Numbered from the stretch's first letter, positions 10,947-20,537 are shown. The stretch: DNA of 64,000 bases from an uncultured Verrucomicrobiae bacterium (GCA_963803825.1 CAWDOJ010000001.1:151102-215101), one strand, 5' to 3'. Numbers and translations are program-made. Notes: a model not told the origin generated them from the sequence alone.

Positions 10947-11528
10947 ATGATCCGCTCCTCCGCTTCTGCTTTTCACTCGTTCCTCTTCGCCGGGGTTCTC
11001 GCCACCGCATCGGCTGCCGATCCCAGCACAGCAGCCGATCCCGTCATCGATTTTGAGAAACCGTCGGAAAGCGCGAAGTGGGTTGTCGTCAACGACGGCG
11101 TCATGGGAGGACTTTCGAAGGGCGCGATGCGGATCGACGACGGCGAAATGACCTTCACCGGCACTCTCTCGCTGGAGAACAACGGCGGATTCTCGCTCGT
11201 CGAGACATCGAACGGGGCGTGGGATTTCAGCAACGCAAGCGGGCTGAAGGTCCGCGTCAAGGGAGACGGACGCACCTACCAATTGCGCCTCGGCACCACC
11301 GAGCGCACGCGCGGGGACCGCGTCTCCTACACGGGAGAATTTACCACCGAAGACGGTGAGTGGGTCGAACGCGTCGTCCGCTTCGAAGACTTAATCCCCA
11401 TGCACCGCGGCGAACTCATGGACTCTCCGCCACTTGATCCTGCCAACGTCGAGCAGATTGGCATCCTCATCGGCGACAAAAACCCAGGAACATTTGCGAT
11501 CCAAGTGGACTGGATCGACGTCGATTGA
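10947..11528 (+). CDS. CIA30-family (complex I intermediate-associated protein 30-like) secreted protein
   Basis: Signal peptide. VVNDGVMGGLSKGAMRIDDGEMTFTGTLSLENNGGFSLV is the typical CIA30 core. Confidence 0.75.
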   Translation: MIRSSASAFHSFLFAGVLATASAADPSTAADPVIDFEKPSESAKWVVVNDGVMGGLSKGAMRIDDGEMTFTGTLSLENNGGFSLVETSNGAWDFSNASGLKVRVKGDGRTYQLRLGTTERTRGDRVSYTGEFTTEDGEWVERVVRFEDLIPMHRGELMDSPPLDPANVEQIGILIGDKNPGTFAIQVDWIDVD

Positions 11529-12068
11529 ACCGTCGAGCTTGGACGCTCAGGAATCACGTCGTTCATCGCGATCACCGTTGGCAAAAGATTGCGACCACCC
11601 GGGTCGGCGCATCTCTCGCTCTTCCCGAGCCCGGCCTATGACGGTGCCTGCGATCACGGGGATCACCCGTCGTCGGCTTTTACTCAATTACCGCAGCGCC
11701 CCAAAGGTGGGCGCCGCGATTCTCCCGACGAGGTTTCGGCCCAAACTCGTCCACGCCCGCGGACGGCTCTTCCCAGGAGTTCACCACCGGTCGGAATTTT
11801 CAGTTCGCGAGGCTCAAGGCACGGTCGACTTGCGGGTTCAGGCTCGGACTTTTGCCCGGCCGCTGGTCGCCATCTCCGCTCGCAAGACAACCGAGTTCCC
11901 GACGAACTCTGTCTTCAAATCGCTTGAAGTCGATCGCCTGACTCCGGCGTTTTTCGCCGAGCGAGATAACTTTCCGGCCGGAAGCATCGAGTTCGACCAT
12001 GGTCTCCTCACGCGCGACGTGCCCCACGAATGGCACGCCCTCCCCCCGATTGCGCCTCGCCGAGCGAT

Positions 12069-12866
12069 TCACTCGATGCGACCGTAGCGGGCGCGGGCGG
12101 CGCAATACACCCCGTAGGCGGCCAGACCAAACGCCATGACCCCGAGCAACCACACGCCATACGGCTGTTGCTCGAGCGCCTCGAGGGCCTGTCCCGATCC
12201 CTTGGCTGCACCGGCATTTGAGTTCCAACCTGCCATGATGAGGAAGCCTCCGATGAGAAGAAACACCACACCCCGCGCCGCGATGCCGAATCGCGCAAGG
12301 CGGTCCACCCACTTCCGGACCGCCGCGCTGCCATCGGTGACGGTGAACTTCTCCCGATACTTTGCCGCGAACGACTGGTAAAAAAATCGGCCCGCCACGC
12401 CGACAATGACCAATCCAGCCGCGATGACGGCCCATTCTCCCAACGGCTGATTCATCGCCGTGTCAGCTGCCTCTTGAGTCCCGGAGCCACCTCCACTTCC
12501 CCCACCCTGGCCCATCAACTTACTCCCCGCCGCCCAGGCCAACCCCGCGTAGGCCAGTCCGCTGCAGAAATACCCGATTCTTTTAACGAGCGCTTTCGCC
12601 CCACTTTCGTCCTGCGGGGAGGGGCTGAATGCCGAGATCAGCCGCCAGCCGACGTAACACAAAATTCCAACGAGAAGCACGGCGAGGATGGCCCAGCCGA
12701 AGGGCTGTCGAGCCAAGACATCCAGTGTGGATTGCGCATCTGGCTCGGAAGAACTCCAATTCAACGCTTCGGCCAAGGCGAGTCCCGCGATGGTGAAATA
12801 GATGAGCGCTTTGGCCGAATAGCCCACACGCGCGAGGGTATCCACCCATTTTGATTGGTCGTTCAT
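12069..12866 (-). CDS. DUF1206-domain integral membrane protein
   Basis: Three repeats of the pattern R.GY.AKG..Y..IG..A (RVGYSAKALIYFTIAGLAL, RIGYFCSGLAYAGLAWAA, RFGIAARGVVFLLIGGFLI) within hydrophobic segments. Confidence 0.75.
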   Translation of the reverse strand: MNDQSKWVDTLARVGYSAKALIYFTIAGLALAEALNWSSSEPDAQSTLDVLARQPFGWAILAVLLVGILCYVGWRLISAFSPSPQDESGAKALVKRIGYFCSGLAYAGLAWAAGSKLMGQGGGSGGGSGTQEAADTAMNQPLGEWAVIAAGLVIVGVAGRFFYQSFAAKYREKFTVTDGSAAVRKWVDRLARFGIAARGVVFLLIGGFLIMAGWNSNAGAAKGSGQALEALEQQPYGVWLLGVMAFGLAAYGVYCAARARYGRIE

Positions 12867-12930
12867 GATTGCGAGATCGTCCCTGGGGACCGGATCGGCC
12901 GGGAATGCGGTCCAAGTTCGGCGGGTAGCT

Positions 12931-14115
12931 CTATAAGTCGGTCGGTGAGTTCAACAATTCCGCCACGCGCTTGAGGAGCCGGCCCGCCGCTCCACCGTCG
13001 AGCACGCGGTGATCGAAGCTGAGCGTAAACATCGCCTCCGTCACCGGGAGAAATTCTTCCAGATCCGCGTCCCAGCTCGGCACGATCTTCCCCGCGCCCA
13101 TCCCCAGTAGAATGGTCTGCTCCGGCAGCGGGATCGGGGTCGCGAGGGTCAATCCAAAGGTGCCGTAGTTTGTCACCGTGGCGATGGACCCGCCCGTGTC
13201 CGCCGGAGGCATCCTCCTCTGCCGCGCAAGGTCCACGAGACGGTTGTATCGGTCGACCAGATCGGTGAGCGGCGCTTGGTCAGCATTTCGAATGACCGGC
13301 ACCATCACGCCATCCTCAGCCTCGACCGCAAAGCCGATGTCGACCGACCGCGGATGCACGATCCGGTCACCGACGAGTCGCCCGGCGGGGGCGCTATTCT
13401 CCCCGAGGGCAATGGCGAGCGCCCGCAGCGCGTAGAGCGCCGGACCCGGCTTCGGGTCCTGCTTCTTACGATGCGCGAGCAAAGCATCCATCCGAACCGA
13501 GATCCCGACCGTCGCCAGCGGACGCGTCCAGCTTCGCCGCATCGCGTCGGCCACCGCGACGCGCATCGTCGACGCGGGCGTCATCCGGTTGCGCTCGAGG
13601 TCACCCAAGAATTTCTCCAGATCGTCGATCGTCACCCGCCCCGAGGCACCGCTCCCCGCGATGCCGGCCAGATCCGCCGCGTGCAACCCGAGCTCCGCCA
13701 TCCGTGCCTTCATCCGAGGCGAGAGATAAGTCGCCCCACCCGCTGGCGCTGGCACCGGGAGGCCGCTCACCGTCGGCTCGACCTTCTGCGACTCCGCTTT
13801 TTTCGGCGCGCGCTTGTCGACCTTCGGCTGCTCGATGGGCTCGACGTCGAACCCGATGCGAGCCGCTTCTTCGTCGGTCACCTCGATAAATCCGAGCACG
13901 GACCCAACCAGATAGCTCTCATCCACTGTCACCTTGAGTTCGCCCAACGTGCCGTTGCACGGTGCCGTCACGCCCATCACCGCCTTGTTCGTCTCGACTT
14001 CGATGATGTCTTTGTCGGCCTCGATCGCGTCGCCCGCAGCGAAGAGGATCTTGACCACGGTGGCCTCGGCAATCGATTCGCCGAGTTGGGGCATGATGAT
14101 GGGAACCTGGGGCAT
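12931..14115 (-). CDS. 2-oxoacid dehydrogenase E2 (dihydrolipoamide acyltransferase)
   Basis: Lipoyl domain with IEVETNKAVMGV, a peripheral subunit-binding region (SPRMKARMAELGL), and a catalytic domain ending in SFDHRVLDGGAAGRLL. Confidence 0.9.
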   Translation of the reverse strand: MPQVPIIMPQLGESIAEATVVKILFAAGDAIEADKDIIEVETNKAVMGVTAPCNGTLGELKVTVDESYLVGSVLGFIEVTDEEAARIGFDVEPIEQPKVDKRAPKKAESQKVEPTVSGLPVPAPAGGATYLSPRMKARMAELGLHAADLAGIAGSGASGRVTIDDLEKFLGDLERNRMTPASTMRVAVADAMRRSWTRPLATVGISVRMDALLAHRKKQDPKPGPALYALRALAIALGENSAPAGRLVGDRIVHPRSVDIGFAVEAEDGVMVPVIRNADQAPLTDLVDRYNRLVDLARQRRMPPADTGGSIATVTNYGTFGLTLATPIPLPEQTILLGMGAGKIVPSWDADLEEFLPVTEAMFTLSFDHRVLDGGAAGRLLKRVAELLNSPTDL

Positions 14116-14139
14116 GATTGTTCGGGTTTCGGTCAGATT

Positions 14140-15099
14140 TTAAAGTTCGAGCAGTTGGCGCGTCGCCGCCGCGATGGTGCCGGCAGTCGGTCGGTGAGTT
14201 CCCCACAGGTCGGGGTGATACGGCACGGGGGTGTCCCGGGCGTTGAGTCGCTGAGGCGGCGCGTCGAGCATCCCGAACGCCTCGGCCGAGACCCGCGCGA
14301 TCACCTCGGCGGTTACCCCACCCCACGGCCAAGCCTCGCCGACGCACAGCAACCGCCCCGTCCGACAGACCGAGGCCAGCACCGTGTCGGTGTCCAGTGG
14401 TTTGATCGAACGCAGGTCGACGACCTCCACGTGGTAGCCGTCTTCTTCCAGATCCTCCGCTGCGGCCAACGATTCGTGCAGCATCGCGCTGTAAGTCACG
14501 ATGGTCGCGTCCCGCCCCGGTCGCGCGATCCGAGCACGGCCAACCGGTAAGGTCTCCCCTCCAACCGTGTCGGCCTTCAGATGATTGTAGAGAAATTTGT
14601 GCTCACAGAAAATGACCGGATCGTCGATGGCGACGGCCTCGATCAACATACTGTAGGCGTCCTCGACCGTCGCGGGCGTCAGCACGATCGTCCCGGGATA
14701 GTGCGCGTAGATCGCCTCCATGCTCTGACTGTGAAATGGCCCACCGCCCGGCGTCCCCCCCGAAGGCAATCGCACCACGATGGGACAAGCGACTTCGGTC
14801 CGGTAGTAGAGCGTCGCGGCTTGGTTCACGATCTGGTTGAACCCGCAAGTCGAAAAATCGGCAAACTGCATCTCGATGATCGGACGCATTCCCTCGATGG
14901 CGGCACCGATGGCAAGACCCATCATCGCATCCTCGCTGATCGGCGAATCCAGCACCCGACCCGGAAATTTCTCCGCCAAACCCTTGGTCGCCTTAAACGC
15001 TCCGCCGAATTCCCCGACGTCCTGCCCGTAGATAAAAACGCGCTCGTCGTCGGCGAGCACCTTCCCTTGCGCCTCACAAATGGCCTGCAGATACGTCAT
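14140..15099 (-). CDS. 2-oxoacid dehydrogenase E1 component beta subunit
   Basis: VFIYGQDVGEFGGAFKATKGL, DSPISEDAMMGLAIGAA and transketolase C-terminal-like motifs. ATGA overlap with E1 alpha at 15096-15099. Confidence 0.93.
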   Translation of the reverse strand: MTYLQAICEAQGKVLADDERVFIYGQDVGEFGGAFKATKGLAEKFPGRVLDSPISEDAMMGLAIGAAIEGMRPIIEMQFADFSTCGFNQIVNQAATLYYRTEVACPIVVRLPSGGTPGGGPFHSQSMEAIYAHYPGTIVLTPATVEDAYSMLIEAVAIDDPVIFCEHKFLYNHLKADTVGGETLPVGRARIARPGRDATIVTYSAMLHESLAAAEDLEEDGYHVEVVDLRSIKPLDTDTVLASVCRTGRLLCVGEAWPWGGVTAEVIARVSAEAFGMLDAPPQRLNARDTPVPYHPDLWGTHRPTAGTIAAATRQLLEL

Positions 15100-16130
15100 G
15101 GCGCCACCTCCGCAAATCGATCACCGAGCCACTCGCTCGAGATCGCCGACCATTCCTCCTCCGCCGGATCAGGCGCGGGTTCGCGCAGCACCCGGTTCGC
15201 AGTCTCGTCGACCTCGGCCTTCGCTTCCACCCGCCAGCTATCGATCTCGCCCGCGTCGGCCCATTTTCTCTCGATTAGAATCTCTTCGGCGACCCTCAGA
15301 CAGTCCCGGCCGACATCGCTCTCGCGCAAGTCCTTCGCCACGTACGAGCCATCGTCATGTTCCCCGTGCCCGACGAGCCTCAGTAGATCAGCCACCACGA
15401 TCTGCGGCCCACCTCCACCTCGCGCCGCCGCGACCGCGCCGCCGACCACCCGCAAGCAATCCGCGAGATCGGTGCCGACCGCGCGGTGTCCGGCGACCCC
15501 GTAGCCCACCGCCTTATCCAAGAGATCGTCGCAAGCAAACTGCTTCCGCGTTGGCGTCGAGTAGGCGTATTGGTTGTTCGCCACAACGACGACGAGCGGA
15601 AGCCGCTCGACCGCTGCCGTGTTCAGCCCCTCGTGAAAAGCACCCGTCGACGTCCCGCCGTCGCCGATGCACGTCGCCCCGACCACCGCCGATTCTCCGC
15701 GAAAACGCCGGGCAACCAGCCCGCCGACCACGACCGGAATCATCGCGCCAAGGTGGCTGATCATCGCGTAGTAGCCTTCCTTGGGTCGCCCTCGGTGGAT
15801 ATTTCCGTCCCGCCCGCGCATCGAACCAAGCTGCGATCCCAAGTAAGTCCGCAGCGTATCGAGCACCGTATCGCCAAAGGCCATCCGCCCAGCTTGGTCC
15901 CGGATGAGCGGCGCAAAGATGTCCCCAGGACGCAGGCTTGCCCCGACCGAGACGCTGAGCGCTTCCTGACCCCGCCCAAGAAACACGCCCCCCTTGATCT
16001 TCCCACCCCGGTAAAGCGCCGCCAACTTCTCCTCCAGCACCCGCGCGAGCACCATCGTCCGATACGCCCGCATGAATACGTCGCGCCCCTCGCTTCCCCC
16101 TTCCCGCGCCGTCGACATCACTTCCGCCAT
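15096..16130 (-). CDS. 2-oxoacid dehydrogenase E1 component alpha subunit (TPP-dependent)
   Basis: The TPP-binding region CIGDGGTSTGAFHEGLNTAAVERLPLVVVVANNQYA is typical of heterotetrameric PDH/BCKDH/acetoin E1 alpha. Confidence 0.92.
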   Translation of the reverse strand: MAEVMSTAREGGSEGRDVFMRAYRTMVLARVLEEKLAALYRGGKIKGGVFLGRGQEALSVSVGASLRPGDIFAPLIRDQAGRMAFGDTVLDTLRTYLGSQLGSMRGRDGNIHRGRPKEGYYAMISHLGAMIPVVVGGLVARRFRGESAVVGATCIGDGGTSTGAFHEGLNTAAVERLPLVVVVANNQYAYSTPTRKQFACDDLLDKAVGYGVAGHRAVGTDLADCLRVVGGAVAAARGGGGPQIVVADLLRLVGHGEHDDGSYVAKDLRESDVGRDCLRVAEEILIERKWADAGEIDSWRVEAKAEVDETANRVLREPAPDPAEEEWSAISSEWLGDRFAEVAP

Positions 16131-16195
16131 GTGCCGCCGAAGCTAGAAAGATTCCCCACCCTCTGCAACCGCGAACCCACCCCCCCAAAAAAACT

Positions 16196-16233
16196 CCCCT
16201 GCCAATCAAACTGACGGCTGTCAGTTTGACTAG
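16196..16233. repeat. palindromic intergenic element, copy 1 (CCCCTGCC + TCAAACTGAC-N4-GTCAGTTTGA)
   Basis: Perfect 10-bp inverted repeat at 16206-16215 / 16220-16229. It shares about 30 nt with the element at 19351-19416. Confidence 0.7.
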
Positions 16234-16365
16234 TAGAGGAGCATTGGAGGCTTGGCGGCCAGGGGAAGGCTACACCAGACAGAGTCGTCGTTGGCCCTTG
16301 GTGCGCCCACCCAGTGACCGCGTCACTTGCACCCGCGCCCCGATCCCACTACATTCCCGGCCTCT

Positions 16366-17775
16366 ATGAAACAGACGTTGTTGGACAAAGTGTGGGCAGC
16401 CCACGAGGTGCGGAGATTGCCAAACGGCCAGACGCAGCTCCTCATTGGCACTCATCTCATTCACGAGGTCACCAGCCCGCAAGCGTTCGGCATGCTGCGC
16501 GACCTTGGTCTCAAAGTCCTCTACCCAAACCGCACCTTCGCCACCGTCGACCACATCGTCCCCACCGACGAAAGCCACGAGCCGTTCTCCGATTCGCTGG
16601 CCGATGACATGATCAAGGCCTTGCGAAAAAATTGTGCCGAGTCCGGCGTCACGTTCTTCGACCTCCCGTCTGGCAAGCAGGGCATCGTCCACATCGTCGG
16701 CCCGGAGCAAGGCATCACCCAACCCGGCACGACCATTGCGTGCGGCGATTCGCACACCTCGACCCACGGCGCGTTCGGTGCCATCGCGTTCGGCATTGGC
16801 ACGAGCCAAGTCCGTGACGTCCTCGCGACCCAGACCATGGCGCTGCAGAAGCCCAAGGTTCGCCGCATCAACGTCGACGGCAAGCTCAAGCCCGGCGTCT
16901 ACGCCAAGGACGTCATCCTCCACATCATCCGCAAGCTCGGGGTGAACGGCGGCATCGGCTACGCCTACGAATACGGTGGCAGCACCTTCGACAACTTCAC
17001 GCAGGAAGAACGCATGACCGTCTGCAACATGTCGATCGAAGGTGGTGCCCGCGTTGGTTACGTCAACCCCGACAACACGACCTTCGAGTATCTCAAAGGC
17101 CGTCCCTACTCGCCGAAAGGCCCGGACTGGGACGCCGCCGTCGAGCGCTGGCAGGCGACCGCCAGCGATCCCGACGCCAGCTACGACGACGTGATCAACT
17201 ACAACGCCGAAGACATCGCCCCGACCGTCACGTGGGGCATCAACCCCGGTCAAGCCATCTTCATCGACGAAAACGTCCCCACCCCGGACGAGGTCCCAGA
17301 AAAAGACCGCGCGACCGCCGAGGAAGCCATCGCCCACATGCACCTTGTCCCAGGTGCCGCCATCAAGGGCACCAAGGTCGACGTAGCCTTCCTCGGCAGC
17401 TGCACCAACGGCCGCCTCTCCGACCTCCAGGAAGTCGCGGGCTATCTCAAGGGCCGAAAAGTCTCCGACACCGTGAAAGCCATCGTCGTCCCGGGCTCCC
17501 AAGGCGTCTCCACCCTTGCCGAATCGATGGGCATCGCGACGATTTTCCGCGACGCCGGTTTCGAATGGCGCGGCGCTGGCTGCTCGATGTGCCTGGGGAT
17601 GAATCCCGACAAACTCGTCGGCGAAGAACTCTGCGCCAGCAGTTCGAACCGCAACTTCAAAGGCCGCCAAGGCAGCCCCACCGGGCGCACCGTCCTCATG
17701 AGTCCGCTCATGGTCGCGGCCGCCGCGATAACTGGAACGGTATCGGACGCGCGGGAAGTATTCGAGCTGACGTGA
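16366..17775 (+). CDS. leuC: 3-isopropylmalate dehydratase large subunit
   Basis: [15 protein letters not shown]...[28 protein letters not shown] and [11 protein letters not shown] aconitase-family motifs. ATG at 16366. Confidence 0.95.
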   Translation: MKQTLLDKVWAAHEVRRLPNGQTQLLIGTHLIHEVTSPQAFGMLRDLGLKVLYPNRTFATVDHIVPTDESHEPFSDSLADDMIKALRKNCAESGVTFFDLPSGKQGIVHIVGPEQGITQPGTTIACGDSHTSTHGAFGAIAFGIGTSQVRDVLATQTMALQKPKVRRINVDGKLKPGVYAKDVILHIIRKLGVNGGIGYAYEYGGSTFDNFTQEERMTVCNMSIEGGARVGYVNPDNTTFEYLKGRPYSPKGPDWDAAVERWQATASDPDASYDDVINYNAEDIAPTVTWGINPGQAIFIDENVPTPDEVPEKDRATAEEAIAHMHLVPGAAIKGTKVDVAFLGSCTNGRLSDLQEVAGYLKGRKVSDTVKAIVVPGSQGVSTLAESMGIATIFRDAGFEWRGAGCSMCLGMNPDKLVGEELCASSSNRNFKGRQGSPTGRTVLMSPLMVAAAAITGTVSDAREVFELT

Positions 17776-18719
17776 TGGGTCGAAGGTCCAAAGTCGGAAG
17801 GTCCAAGGTCTGGATCAGCCTCGCGCTGCTCGGGACCGTTTGGGCGGCTAGCGCTGCGGCAGGCGATCCATTTCTTTGGAAGATCGAGTCGCCCGCAGCG
17901 GCGGTGCCGTCCTACCTCTTCGGCACGATCCACTTGCCTCGTCCCGAAGTCGCCCGCATTCCCGAGAGCGTGACCCCGGCGTTTGATTCCGCCGACGCGG
18001 TTTACACCGAGATCCCGATGGACATCGGGACCCTCCTCGAGATGTCCACCGCCCTGTTTTTGCCCGACGGCAAGATGCTCGAAGACGTCATCCCCGCCGA
18101 CCTCTACGCGGCGGTCCTCGCCGAGTTGAAAGCAGTCGACCCCAACCTGCCGCTTGCGCCCCGCGACCGCATGAAGATCTGGGCGTTCACGGTGAGCCTG
18201 GCCACGCTCCAAGACGAATTGCGCTACCCCGGCATCATCCCGCTCGACATGCTGCTCTTTCAGAAGGCCGCCATGGCCGGCAAGGAAACGGGTGGCCTAG
18301 AGACCCCCGCCGAGCAGATGGCCATCTTTGATAGCCTCAGTCCCGACGACCAGACCACCTTCCTCCGCGACACGCTCGCGCAGCTCGCCGCCGCCCGCGA
18401 GTCCGGGGTCAACCCTGCCGACCAACTGGTCGCCAGCTATCTTTCCGGCGACCTTGCCCGCCTGAAAGCTGATGTGGAGGAGATGGAGGCACTCGCCAGC
18501 GACACGGAACTCAACGCCCGCTTAATGGACCGCCTCCTCGACCAGCGCAACACCCTCATGGCCGAACGAATCGTCGAAAAAATCGAAGCCGCCCCGGCAA
18601 AGACGAACTTCTTCGCCGTGGGAGCCGCCCATCTTTACGGCGACAACGGCCTCATTGCCCAATTAGAAGCCGAAGGCTTCACCCTCGCCCGCCAAGCGCC
18701 ACTCGACTCGCAACCATAG
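17775..18719 (+). CDS. TraB/GumN (Tiki-like) family protein, secreted
   Basis: Start ATG overlaps the leuC TGA (TGATG at 17773-17777). Signal peptide, then LWKIESPAAAVPSYLFGTIHLPRPEV, the family GTIH motif. The 5' part of ORF 17232..18719 is an out-of-frame overlap with leuC. Confidence 0.8.
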   Translation: MGRRSKVGRSKVWISLALLGTVWAASAAAGDPFLWKIESPAAAVPSYLFGTIHLPRPEVARIPESVTPAFDSADAVYTEIPMDIGTLLEMSTALFLPDGKMLEDVIPADLYAAVLAELKAVDPNLPLAPRDRMKIWAFTVSLATLQDELRYPGIIPLDMLLFQKAAMAGKETGGLETPAEQMAIFDSLSPDDQTTFLRDTLAQLAAARESGVNPADQLVASYLSGDLARLKADVEEMEALASDTELNARLMDRLLDQRNTLMAERIVEKIEAAPAKTNFFAVGAAHLYGDNGLIAQLEAEGFTLARQAPLDSQP

Positions 18720-18742
18720 GCCCTTCACCCTTACCGCTCACC

Positions 18743-19348
18743 ATGCCCGCACTCCCACCCATCACCCAAGTCAGCGGCACCGCCGTCCACGTCCCCGGCG
18801 ACGACATCGACACCGACCGCATCATCCCAGCCCGCTTCATGAAGTGCGTCACCTTCGACGGACTCGGCGAGTTCGCCTTCATCGACGTCCGCAAAGACCC
18901 CGCCACCGGTGAAGACCGCCCGCACCCGCTCAACGACGAGCGATTCAAAGGCGCGAGCATCCTCCTCTCCGGATCGAACTTTGGTTGCGGGAGTTCACGC
19001 GAGCACGCCCCGCAAGCGCTTTACCGCTACGGCTTCCGCGCCGTCATCGCCGAGAGCTTCGCCGAGATTTTCTTTGGGAATTCCATCACCCTCGGCATGC
19101 CCTGCGTCGTCATGAACTCCGGCGACATCAAGTCCCTCGCCCAGCTCGTCGAAGCTGACCCGACCGCCCCGATCACCATCGATCTCGACGGCAAGAAGGC
19201 CCATTGCGCCGACCTCGACTTCCCCATCGAAGTCCCCGACCACGCCCACGAAGCCCTCGTCAGCGGCAAATGGGACGCCATCGCCGACCTCCTCGAAGGC
19301 ATCCCGCAAGTCAAGACCACCGCAGACGATCTCGCCTACATGCGCTAA
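18743..19348 (+). CDS. leuD: 3-isopropylmalate dehydratase small subunit
   Basis: DDIDTDRIIPARFMK and SNFGCGSSREHAPQAL motifs. Confidence 0.93.
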   Translation: MPALPPITQVSGTAVHVPGDDIDTDRIIPARFMKCVTFDGLGEFAFIDVRKDPATGEDRPHPLNDERFKGASILLSGSNFGCGSSREHAPQALYRYGFRAVIAESFAEIFFGNSITLGMPCVVMNSGDIKSLAQLVEADPTAPITIDLDGKKAHCADLDFPIEVPDHAHEALVSGKWDAIADLLEGIPQVKTTADDLAYMR

Positions 19349-19350
19349 CC

Positions 19351-19416
19351 CCCACCCCCCCTGCCGCGACAATGAAACTGACGACCGTCAGCTTGATTGT
19401 CGCGGCAAGGGGGGGG
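19351..19416. repeat. palindromic intergenic element, copy 2; long hairpin flanked by C-run and G-run (possible bidirectional terminator)
   Basis: Arms 19363-19383 / 19386-19406 (GCCGCGACAATGAAACTGACG / CGTCAGCTTGATTGTCGCGGC, 19 of 21 paired). Flanked by cccaccccccc and gggggggg. Lies between the convergent leuD and the 19440..19856 gene. Confidence 0.7.
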
Positions 19417-19439
19417 CGCTTCGAGGTGTCGTCGATCTG

Positions 19440-19856
19440 TCACTTTGCTAGCAGCAGAATTTTGACCGCCCCACCCTCGACGGGACCGGCGGGAAAGACG
19501 TAGACCTGCTTTGCCTGCTGCCGATTCGTAAAGTGGATTTGGAACTCCCACTCTCCATTCAGCTTCAGACCAACCTCCGCGTCGGTGTCGGCAGCCCGCT
19601 CGCTCAATTCCACGGCGGAATCTTTCCAACGGAGAATTTCGTCGATGATCGCCTTCGCCTGACCCCGCGCCGTCGCGTCAGCCCCGCCCAGTGCGAAGCA
19701 TCGCTCGAGATACCCCTTGTTCCCCGTCTTCAGAGCCGCGCTCACTTGGAAGAGCAACTCACCGCGCGAATCCGCCGCGTAGGACCACCCGGCGACCAGC
19801 AATGATCCGACCAACGCTAACAATAAAATCCGCACGTTTCTCTTTTCATTTCCCAA
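19440..19856 (-). CDS. hypothetical secreted protein
   Basis: Signal peptide RILLLALVGSLLVAGWSYA. Normal composition and no recognisable domain. Confidence 0.55.
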   Translation of the reverse strand: MGNEKRNVRILLLALVGSLLVAGWSYAADSRGELLFQVSAALKTGNKGYLERCFALGGADATARGQAKAIIDEILRWKDSAVELSERAADTDAEVGLKLNGEWEFQIHFTNRQQAKQVYVFPAGPVEGGAVKILLLAK

Positions 19857-19955
19857 CCCATAACCGGCATTTTCCCAAAGGTAACGTTTTCGTCACAACC
19901 CCTAGAACGCTCCCTCCGCCCTTGTTCCGACCGGCCTCCCATCTACATTCCGGGC

Positions 19956-20537
19956 ATGCTCAATCTCACCCGCCTCAGCGCCCTCACCGCCGTCGCGCTC
20001 GCCGTCATTCCCGTCTCCCACGCCCAGGAAGAAGACGAGGGCGGCGCGACCAAGAACGCCACCGACTTCTCCGCTTTTCAGGGCAACTACTTCGGCAAAA
20101 CCGTTGTGACGACAGACATCGACCAGTTCCGCGGTCGCCGACTGAAGATCCGCGCGAACATAGCCGAAGACGGACTCTCCGGAGTATTCAAATTTTCGGA
20201 CAGGGTGCGAGTCGAGGGCGACCGCGTTCCGATTGTCAATCGGTTCCGTTTCCGCCCGAACGGTCGCGTCAGGATCGACGAGATCGCTCCCGCCGTCTCG
20301 AACAACCAGAAAACCAAAGGATTCTACACCGCCCTGCCTCGCAACCTGAGCTTCACCGGACAGTTCCGCCTCGACGCGGAAAGCGGGCGAATCGAGGGCA
20401 CCTACGAGTGCAACATCCGGGTGAGCGTCCGCCGCGTCGTGCGGGTCACCTACTCCGTCACCCTCGCCGACGACCAAAATCCCGCGTTCGTCTACAAATT
20501 CGTCGCCGAACCCCGCGACCGGAGCGAAGACGAGTAA
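19956..20537 (+). CDS. hypothetical secreted protein
   Basis: Signal peptide MLNLTRLSALTAVALAVIPVSHA. Beta-rich composition and no recognisable domain. Confidence 0.55.
   Translation: MLNLTRLSALTAVALAVIPVSHAQEEDEGGATKNATDFSAFQGNYFGKTVVTTDIDQFRGRRLKIRANIAEDGLSGVFKFSDRVRVEGDRVPIVNRFRFRPNGRVRIDEIAPAVSNNQKTKGFYTALPRNLSFTGQFRLDAESGRIEGTYECNIRVSVRRVVRVTYSVTLADDQNPAFVYKFVAEPRDRSEDE

Noticed and set aside
13276-14550. 424-aa plus-strand ORF spanning the E2/E1 beta genes in antisense
   Set aside because: It is R/H/P/D-rich with no domain. Both minus-strand genes are clearly recognisable.
16270-17670. 466-aa minus-strand ORF antisense to leuC
   Set aside because: leuC on the plus strand has unambiguous aconitase-family motifs. 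The antisense translation is A/G/V/D/R-rich with no motifs, a typical high-GC shadow ORF.
17232-17774. 5' extension of ORF 17232..18719 (R/P/H-rich, overlapping leuC)
   Set aside because: It is out of frame with leuC and compositionally aberrant. The true TraB/GumN start is the ATG at 17775, which gives a proper signal peptide.
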